Source: Eledone cirrhosa (Eukaryota). Taken from it: a DNA stretch of 64,000 nt. Position numbers and translations under genes: made by a program. This document shows, in pieces, positions 53,276 through 64,000 of the stretch (position 1 is its first letter; every line of letters starts with the position of its first letter). The DNA lies in the NCBI GenBank assembly GCA_964016885.1, contig OZ024750.1, forward strand, positions 49,352,001 through 49,416,000, in the 5' to 3' direction. The notes below the pieces were generated by a model that was given only the letters and a program-made list of their open reading frames with translations, had not been told where the DNA came from and made no database searches.

Positions 53276-53345
53276 ATATTAACAAATGGAAACTATATTT
53301 AGAAAACCATATTTATTTTATTATACATATTTCAAGGGCCACCAA
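53273..53345 (-). mobile_element. Pseudo-LTR fragment truncated inside HHR stem II
   Basis: aatattaacaaatggaaactatatttagaaaaccatatttattttattatacatatttcaagggccaccaag matches 43754-43823 and stops in the stem II loop. Confidence 0.65.
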
Positions 53346-53377
53346 GCTATATAACCTCTGCATACCTCTCTCTCTCA

Positions 53378-53467
<90 letters not shown>

Positions 53468-53469
<2 letters not shown>

Positions 53470-55830
53470 TTTGCGAGGTTTTAGATATGAAATCGTGTGT
53501 CGAAACAAATAGTGTTATACTTGGGGAGGGTCATATTTTTGTAATAATATTGCCAGAATTAATAACAGAACACACTAACTGTTTGGTTGATTTTCGCTTC
53601 TGTATTTTTTATATCAGCTAATTTATTCGGTCCTTAATGTTACCATTGACTGACCAACGGTCAAAATACTGGTATAATATAGATACAAATATATACATAT
53701 AGTCTAACAAAGCTCTTTCGTTGCACATCTGCAACATCGTCAGTGGTGATATTATGTTTCCTCCTGTTGTATTGTATGACTACGCCATCTTTATTTAATC
53801 TGTTTATTTATTTGTGTCTTCTTCTCTGCGCATGTGTTTGCGTGTGTGTATAATGTTCGATGTGTGTTCTCGTTTGGGTGACTGTGTTTTGGTTATTGTA
53901 TTCTATCTTAGTTTACCAGTGTGTGTTTATATGGGTTTGTTGTTATTGTGCTTCTGTATATATTTATTTATTTATTTATATTTCACTTAGGTCAGTATTG
54001 TTTGTTTGTGTGTTGTTATTCCATTCATTTTTTCTGTTTAGCTTTTGCATTCTAAGTTGTATTTCACTGGCCTCTCTGATTTGCCAATCTGCTGTGTCAT
54101 TTATCTGTTTAGATATTATTTTAATTTCTATGTTGTCTATGTTACCGTTGTGTTATGGTGTGGCGTGTTCGTATAGTACTGAACCGTTTTTCTAACTTTT
54201 ACTTCCCCACAGTGTTGGTCTATCCTTTCTCCTATTCTACGAGCTCTCTCTCCTATGTATGCTGTTGTAATGTTTCTGCAAGTACCCTCTGTACATCTTA
54301 TGCTATAGACTACGTTCTAGATTTACAGTTTATCGTGGTGTTTACTTTACATATAATACATTTTCTATCAGTACAGCGGGTTTTCGTAAAGTGGTATGTT
54401 TTGCTGATCAGGGATTTTATGGTTGTTCCTGGCTTTTTTACCACCGTAATCTTTAAGTGGGTATTTCTCAGGGCCTTTCTACATTGGTTAGCTAATTTCC
54501 CTCCAGGGGTAGCGACCACAAACATGACACTCTGGTATCTCTGGTTGTCGTACGATGAGGTGGCTTTCGCTCTCTTATGTTTAGTCCTATCTAAGCTATT
54601 CCATGATTTGCGCCTGTATAATGGGCACATTCCTTTCATGTCCAGTTCTATGAGGGTCTTATACTTCTCCGTGGCTCCTTCGTATACTCTGATTCAGTCT
54701 CTTTGGTTGTAGCCAGAAAACTGCATGCGGTTTATGAAGTATTAGATGTATTTCCATTTCTGTTGGGTCGCACATGCGGGACACGTTCTTCGTCACTCGT
54801 ACCAAGTCTGCGATCAGAATATTAAACTTAGCACTACTGGACATTGCTGAGTTTTTGAGTATCAGGTATTTGGTGGCCATGGGTTTAGCAGTAGTGTGAG
54901 TGGAGAATTTGGGCTCTCTCATCTATAGTGTTAATCCGGAGTTTCGTGTGTTATACAGGTAGTCTATTGTTAGGGTGTTTGGAAGGGTAGTCGATAGTTA
55001 CAGTTATATTCTGGTGCATGGAATTAACTATCTGCTGGATGATTTCCATTGTCCTACATTCTAAATCATACTTGTTAGTACTCTCTTGAGTGTATGTCCT
55101 TATTAATATATTGATGTCGTCTACGTAACGAGAGTACATGATCGGGTCTATGGATCTCTCATCAAGGAGATATTTGAGTCTCCTTTCCCACCATACCATA
55201 AAAAGGTTGGCAACGTCACCAGCTATGCTGACGCCAATGGCTTCTCCCTCATTTAGGGTGTAGATCTTCTCGTTGAATTTGAATATGTGGCACTTTAGGT
55301 TAGTTTTAATACTAGCCCCTATTGCATGTGCAATCATTTTTCTTACTTGATCATTGTTTCAGCCGGTCCGTATGGCTTTGGTCCGCCCAATCCGCCTTCC
55401 CATGGGAGTCTTTTTTGACATTAAGGTTATTGTGGGGAGTCTACCTCTTATGGGTCTACTGGGGCAGGAACGGCTAAGGTCATGGCTGTCTAGGTAGTCA
55501 GTGTCATCAGCAAGTCTAAGGAGGAGGCCCAGTTCGTCTGTGTCGACGTCGCAGAACTCCACCTCACTATCATTGATCATCTCCACACATGTTTCCACTG
55601 CAAAAAAAAAACAAACTTAATGGGTGGGTATAGTGATACCACGTCCATACTACCTATTATTCAGTTGGATAGGTTTTTGTTTTTGTTGCATTCACTGATT
55701 CTGCTGAGGAGGTCCTCTCTACCATCACATACTTTTGGAGACATCTTGTTTATGGGGTGTATAACCATTGAGAGGAAGTAGGAGATCCTGTAGTTGCTAC
55801 GATATATGCTTCGCATACAGGTCTTATAAT
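53468..55830 (-). mobile_element. Second 5'-truncated Nematis-like PLE, decayed
   Basis: ORFs 55359-55598, 54951-55337 (GEAIGVSIAGDVANLFMVWWE, YSRYVDDI), 54659-54922, 54310-54639 (CTDRKCIICK..NCKSR), then VVYSIRCTEGTC..AYIGE. Pseudo-LTR with HHR-like ctgacga..gaaagagctt near 53705-53745. Confidence 0.9.
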
Positions 55831-55857
55831 GCCCAGGTAACATCAACAATATTCGTA

Positions 55858-56706
55858 TGACAGACGTAGCATTACCGGCAGAATGTATCAAAGACCACAC
55901 AATAAATATTTATGGGAACACTTTAATCAGTGAACAAGAACAACAGGTTCAACCGCTCACACCAACATTTGCTATCTACAAAGAGATTAATCCAATCGAG
56001 TGCAAAACAGAACTGGAAAAGTGTTACACAAAAATACGCTGGAATGCGATATAAACAACAACAACTATACGGACAACAACAACAATAATAATGATAATAG
56101 TAATATAAACGATATCTCTGAGTATAGAAATAATAACTATAAAAGTAATAGTCATAACAATAACAATAGCAGGACAGTGAGAAATAGTAATAATAATAAT
56201 GGTAATAACATTAACGATAGACAGAACAACAACAACACCCACAATAATAATAATATAAACATTAACGACAGACACAACAACAACAACCACAGAAGTAATA
56301 ATTGTTTCTACTTTTGGCACAAGGCCAGCAAATAACCAGTGTATTACTGGTACTTTATTTTATCGACCCCGTAAGGACGAAAGGCAAAGTTAACCTCGGC
56401 GGGATTAATAATGGAAATAATACGAGTAACAACAACAACAGACACATTAGTAATAATAGAAATAATACGTGTAGGAACATTAATTATAAACACAACAAGA
56501 AAAATATTTTCGCATTCCAACGTATTTTTGTGAAACACTTTTCCACTTTTCCAGCTCCGTTTTGCACACGATTGGATTAATCTTTTTGTAGATAGCAAAT
56601 GTTGGTCTGAGCTGTAGAACATGTTGTTCTTGTTCATTGATTAATGTGTTCCCATAAATATTTATTGTGTGGTATTTGGTAAATTCTGCCGGTAATGCTA
56701 CATCTG
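55858..56706. repeat. Inverted pair of PLE N-terminal coding fragments (55858-56050 / 56508-56706) around an (AAC/AAT)n tract and a SINE
   Basis: Both encode DVALPAE..K.HTINIYGNTLI.EQEQ.V..L.PTFAIYK.INPI.CKTELEK on opposite strands. Confidence 0.8.
56297..56405 (-). mobile_element. SINE family A 3' half
   Basis: taattgtttctacttttggcacaaggccagc...ggtactttattttatcgaccccgtaagg..aaaggcaaagttaacctcggcgggatt. Confidence 0.85.
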
Positions 56707-56709
56707 TCA

Positions 56710-58115
<1,406 letters not shown>

Positions 58116-58123
58116 ATATACTG

Positions 58124-58192
<69 letters not shown>

Positions 58193-58594
58193 ATATCCGG
58201 GGGAGATGTCTCCTTAGCCTTTGTCAAGGCAGAATTCTAGGAGAAAGAAAACTCTGATATAACACCTGCAACCCTGCTGGTTTCCAATGATGTTGACTTG
58301 TTATTCTTTTTGGTAAATATCATCTTGGTTAAGAGAGTGGGACTGGCTGTGTGCAGTGCCTTTGCTCACTATAAAAGCTTCACGGCACAGGCATTGCTTT
58401 ATATCTGGAGATCTCTCTGCACTTGTAGTTACATGGTACCATGGGCCCAGCACTATGTGTCAATAATTGTCACAAGTGTAGTGTTTGTACCAGAGTTTTC
58501 AAGTCGCTGGCTGGACTAGAAAGTCGCACTCGTTCAGCGCATCGGTAGGGGTTCTCCTACATGGATATAAAGTAGTGGCCGTACTCGAAAACGA

Positions 58595-58661
<67 letters not shown>

Positions 58662-59054
58662 CATAAATATGCAAGCTAAATGCTATAAGTTGGTAATAGA
58701 ACAACTGTATCGCGTTCAGCAATATACAGCTTAGATGTGGTTTATCCAGAGTAGCGCGAAGTATACTTTTCGGTACTTATCAGAGCTCACTACTACTCCT
58801 GTTTGCTGAAAATTATGTGTGTTGGATTCTTATAGAATTCCAGTAAAATGTAGGAATCAGAATTCTCGCAGTTTATCTCTCCTGTTTGCTGAACATTTAA
58901 ATATGTGACATTATCTCTATTTTAAAATAATAGCGTATAGTCTTCAAAATGTGTTTAATTAAGCATACAATGTATTGCAAAATACACTATATATACATAC
59001 ATATATATATCGCTATTTCAGAGGACCAATTCTAATATATATATATATATATAC

Positions 59055-60560
59055 AACATATAAAACAATCACATTTTAGTTTAATAATAGAATTAACTGC
59101 TGACAACTGTTTCTTCTAGACGAATGTCTGGAATCATCGGTGGATACAGAATGTTTAAAAAGTAATTATAAGGCTAGTCTTCAGAACATTGATAAAAAAT
59201 GATACATAACTATTGACAGTGCGAGTGACATCATATTTAAAAGCAGGAGTTACTATGCTCTGCTTCCTTACTCCTAAAATAATATATAAAAATAATTAAA
59301 TAGCTGACAACAGTGTCCACGACACTAATTATAAATCCCTAACTAGGTATTCATAATTTAACATATTTTACTCAATCTGAATAATTAGCTATAACAAATA
59401 ACTTTTATATATAAATGATGAATAATCAATAATAATTTGTAATTTATAAATCTTAATTTATAACACCATTTAATGTATGATAATTTTTAATAGATAATAA
59501 TCAATAATTTAGTATAATAAAACAAACTTCCTATATTGTCAGCAATTGCCAACCTTCAAACGTCCTTAATTACCTCCCTTTGTTATTAACTCCCCTTATG
59601 AATATCGTTCCCCGTACTTTTTATATTCATAACTTTAAAACAATTTAACGGCATTGTTGTCATTAGACTTCGTCTAATAACTCTTAATATAACTCGCACG
59701 TAAAGCAAAGTGAACTATTTCTAGATAGAAAATGTAAAGATAGGAATGCATAGTATACTATATTTCCTATATTAACATGGCTGTTACACAGTGGAATTAT
59801 TTTTTACTAAACACATTTTTAAATTCTACACATCTCAAACACATTACAGCTAAAGTTAAAAAAACATTCCATGTACAATATATTTGCTTTACACCCAACA
59901 TATACATGTATACACGAACGCTAATATAAAAATTCTTAAATGATACTTACCTATCTCATTGACGTATGTTTTTTTACATTATACATTACACAACATTTAT
60001 TCGTTTTATTCCTTTTATTTATTTTATCATTACATATTTCTTTATCATATTGCATGTCATGTTTAACATTGTTATCAGTATGTTTTAACATTCTGTATGA
60101 CATATACTTTATTTATTTATTTTATAACTCTTACCTCATGCATTTCTTTATTACATTTTGCATTATATAACCTTAATATAGCCTTCTTTTCAATGCTATG
60201 TTATATTTTATCTATCATCTCTAACACCTTTTAGCTTGGTATCTTTTGCACATGTATTACCTTAAAGAATATCTTTATATATAATATGCTTAATATTTCA
60301 CTTGTCACCATTGCTCCTGATACTGTGATATCTGTAACATAACATCTTTTTGTAAATCCTGCTTTTCTATATGATGTCATTCACTGTCAATAGTTAGTTT
60401 CTTTATCAATGTTCTGAAGACTAGCATTACAATTACTTGTTTAAACATTGTGTATGCTCCGATGATTCCAGACATTCGTCTGGAAGAAACAATTATCAGC
60501 AATTAAATGTATTAAACTAAATATATTTCATTTCCTACATTATACCCTATCGTATTATCT
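59055..60560 (+). mobile_element. Non-coding PLE 3' region with inverted pseudo-LTRs (59075-59250 / 60355-60522)
   Basis: Mirrored sequence with HHRs in both arms; (TA)n at left. Confidence 0.8.
60455..60501 (+). ncRNA. Hammerhead ribozyme, CCGATGA core variant
   Basis: tgct-CCGATGA-ttccagac-attc-gtctggaa-GAAA-caatt-ATC-agca; perfect 8 bp stem II. The mirror at about 59098-59144 has a GTC site. Confidence 0.75.
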
Positions 60561-60643
60561 TCACTTCTAATATAACTTCCAATTTATTAATTTATTAAAT
60601 TAAATAATACATATATGAATATATTTAATACTTTCATATTTAT

Positions 60644-60845
60644 ACCATCATATCTTTACCAACACCACAACTATTTTAACCACCAATACCATCATATATT
60701 TATATTTTTACCACCAACACCACAAGTATTTTAAACACCAATACCATCATATCTTTATATATTAACCAACAATACCACAACTATTTTAACCACAAATACC
60801 ATCATATATTTATATTTTAACCACCAACACCACAACTATTTTCAA
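60644..60845. repeat. Tandem repeat, about 4 units of about 55 bp
   Basis: ataccatcatatatttatattttaaccaccaacaccacaactatttt repeated. Confidence 0.85.
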
Positions 60846-61479
60846 CAATCATATTATGTTCCTTTTCTTCGCACACAACATATTTTTATCTATTTTTTAT
60901 CATCTTCGCTATGAACTATTTATTATTATTCATTTATTATCAATACTTTTTTTTTCTCACTATTTTCTTTTTCTTTATCTTTTTTCTTTATTCTTTTTCT
61001 TCTTCTTTCTTTTCTTCTTCTTTGTTTTCTTATTCTTTCTTTCTTTCTCTTTTTTTTCACCCAATCTTTTTCTTTTTTTGTTTTTTTTCTTTTTCTTTCT
61101 TTGTTAATATGTTGCAATTTGAATTTGCAAACGCTGTGTATAATTTTAAACAGTTTTTCCGATGATTTGGTTAAGCATACATCGTATTTAAAATTGAGTG
61201 AAACAACTTCAAGTGATTAGCAATTTTAAGACAATTTAACCAATGAAACAATTGTTAATACTGTAAATAAAACACTTTTTTTACTGTTGACGATATTGTT
61301 CTTCACTCTTTCACTATTATTTCTCCAAGAATAACTTACATAAGAACTCCCGAGAACTTATATACTCGCTACCTAAGGAAACCTCTTCTTCAGTCAAAGA
61401 ACGCCGTACGCTAAAACTATCCACAATACGGAGTATTCACAGCCTCTAACTGGATTACATATGACGATAACTTGTTATC

Positions 61480-61605
<126 letters not shown>

Positions 61606-62046
61606 GTTGTACCTAGCTGCTATTTTAGTAGTTTAACATACAACAAGTCAATAATATTCCCGCTTTCACTAGACGTCCAGTTCACGTGTAGATCATTTTA
61701 AAGGCCCACTCGATCGTTCAATAGCTGGCAGTTGCCGGTGTATTTGCTTGGTATGGGACTGTAAGTACTATGTAATGGAAATAGCTTTCTGAAGAGCCGA
61801 TCTTTCCATTGGAAGTCCTTTGGATTTCCACTCATTTGTGAGGCGAAACTGTCGGTAAAACCAATTTGGACAGGTGAATTTAAATTGTATTTTAATTTAA
61901 TTTAAAAGAATGTTTAATATTTACTTGTTCCGCTCATCTCAATTTTGTATTTCTGGTGTCTCAAATTAATACCATTGAACAACAACAGTATTATAGACAA
62001 CCTATATATTTCCGTGGGTACTTAGTACCTGTGGGGATATTAATCT

Positions 62047-62077
<31 letters not shown>

Positions 62078-62079
<2 letters not shown>

Positions 62080-62262
62080 ACGATGGAAATGTGGTATGGA
62101 ACCAGGTGGACCATAACACACCAAAGTACTCAATACTTAGTGTAGTAGAGTGGGTAATAGGAACGAGTAGGACCCCGACGGTTGAGCTCAAGCCGTTTCG
62201 ACGGCTAATTCAGAATTAGCCGTCGAAACGGCTTGAGCTCAGGCGTCGGGGTCCTACTCGTT

Positions 62263-62298
<36 letters not shown>

Positions 62299-62335
62299 AA
62301 CGAGTAGGACCCGACGCCTGAGCTCAAGCCGTTTC
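62078..62335 (-). mobile_element. Mini fold-back element (palindrome about 62157-62266, centre aattc-a-gaatt), plus an extra arm fragment at 62294-62334
   Basis: Homologous to 52141-52335; both arms share the variants gagtaggacccc / ggggtcctactc. Confidence 0.88.
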
Positions 62336-62922
62336 TTTTTTTAAATGCATATAATGTTACCTTTTTACACCAACGTTTGCAAATTTCTGTCTTATATGTT
62401 TCTACACTTGATATGGCTTTCTATAATAATAGTACTAAACACTGTTTTTCTGGACACCTTTAGAAATAACCAGCTACTATAATAGCCCTAATAACTTGTC
62501 TGTTACACTGTACTACTTTGACCCCTCTAACTAAATTTTGTCCGAACAACACCACTAGAAGAATCTACTTCCCAGCCAACCTTAGCATGCCTCATTAAGC
62601 TAACTGCTTCCAAAACATTCTCTCTTCACAATCTCTACTAGTCTGACAGTCTTAAACCCTAAGACTCCCTCCACCTTACTCACTTCCCTCTTCCCCTTCT
62701 CATCCTACCTCATTCTTTATCTTTTATCTAGTGTATAAAATATTTTCATATCATTCTAATACAAAGGTCTGATGACATGGTGTGTTGGCTTACAGTGTAC
62801 TTTCGGTTTTTGATAATATTTGTGTATTATTCAAGTAGCGAGGTATAGGTAACTCATACACTATAGAAACAATTGTTACCTAATAAATTCTATATACCCG
62901 CATTTCCATTTCGTAAATTTTT

Positions 62923-62966
<44 letters not shown>

Positions 62967-63404
62967 CATATATGTGTATGTGTACGTGTGTGTGCGAATG
63001 TGTGTATGCGTGCGTGTGCTCGTATATGTTTATATGGAGTATGTGTGTATGTAATATATAGAAACATTCTATTGAAAACATCCTTTCCAATAGGAAAGCT
63101 TTGTGCGTCTGAACAGAAAGAGTGATGAAAGATAACGGTAAAATCTATTTTTTTAAATGTATACAATAAATAGCCTGAAGGCAAATAATCAATTTAGATC
63201 CTACGTTAGAACCATGCGTTAGAGTTAGATTATATTCCCTAACAGATTTAAGAAAATAAAGTATATTTGGTTTCCCATCAGCCCCTAAAAGGAACCGTTA
63301 TTCAAATTGCAAGCAGGGAAACACATTTTTTTTTATTGCTGATACTGTTTCTGTCGCAGCATCTGACGGAAGGACCAACGTGATAAACAACATTTTAATC
63401 ACGA

Positions 63405-63601
63405 ACGCACTCTGCTAGCTGCCCAGCTATCGAACTTATGTCCTAATGTTCGTGAGTCCACCATTCTGTCGGCTACCCAGCTATCGAAACTATGTCCTTA
63501 TTATCGTGAGCCAGCCCTCTGTCAGCTGCCCAGATATCGAACATATGTCCTAATTATTGTGAGTCCAGCACTCTGTCAACTGCCCAGCTATCGAACTTAT
63601 G
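63405..63601. repeat. Tandem repeat, about 3.7 units of about 54 bp
   Basis: cccagctatcga at about 63422, 63476, 63529, 63583. Confidence 0.85.
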
Positions 63602-64000
63602 TTTTAACATTCTGTATGACATATACTTTATTTATTTATTTTATAACTCTTACCTCATGCATTTCTTTATTACATTTTGCATTATATAACCTTAATATAG
63701 CCTTCTTTTCAATGCTATGTTATATTTTATCTATCATCTCTAACACCTTTTTAGCTTGGTACCTTTTGCACATGTATTACCTTAAAGAATATCTTTATAT
63801 ATAATATGCTTAATATTTCACTTGTCACTATTGCTCCTGATACTGTGATATCTGTAACATAACATCTTTTTGTAAATCCTGCTTTTCTATATGATGTCAT
63901 TCACTGTCAATAGTTAGTTTCTTTATCAATGTTCTGAAGACTAGCATTACAATTACTTGTTTAAACATTGTGTATGCTCCGATGATTCCAGACATTCGTC
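63599..64000 (+). mobile_element. Near-identical duplicate of 60080-60480 (PLE 3' UTR into the HHR), running off the window end
   Basis: atgttttaacattctgtatgacatatac ... tgctccgatgattccagacattcgtc with only a few differences. Confidence 0.92.

Noticed and set aside
56000-56335. Asn-rich ORF
   Set aside because: (AAC/AAT)n low-complexity tract running into a SINE.
62769-62820. CTGATGA as a hammerhead core
   Set aside because: No downstream GAAA, stem II or stem I pairing.

Overview
AT-rich, microsatellite-dense eukaryotic DNA with no intact host gene I can support. The tRNA-derived SINE families and (TA)n/(CA)n/(GA)n load suggest an octopus/cephalopod genome (inference). The window is dominated by decayed retroelements: at least seven Penelope-like element (PLE) copies of three lineages (Naiad-like, Neptune-like, probably Nematis-like; RT plus GIY-YIG), RTE LINEs, a CRE-type endonuclease remnant, a Helitron remnant and SINEs. 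The main signal is more than a dozen minimal type I hammerhead ribozyme (HHR) motifs in PLE pseudo-LTRs. Most sit in asymmetric fold-back (palindromic) insertions of about 0.16 to 3.8 kb inside (TA)n tracts. In the smallest family the fold-back centre lies within the ribozyme's own stem II or core and differs between copies, suggesting the ribozyme hairpin primes cDNA fold-back anew at each insertion. Also notable: an RTE with a roughly 200 bp target-site duplication scrambled by an inversion, a SINE with a 53 bp TSD, a motif conserved across diverged PLE 3' UTRs, and a SINE-derived satellite with 3-mer higher-order structure. All calls were made by eye; clade names are motif-based.
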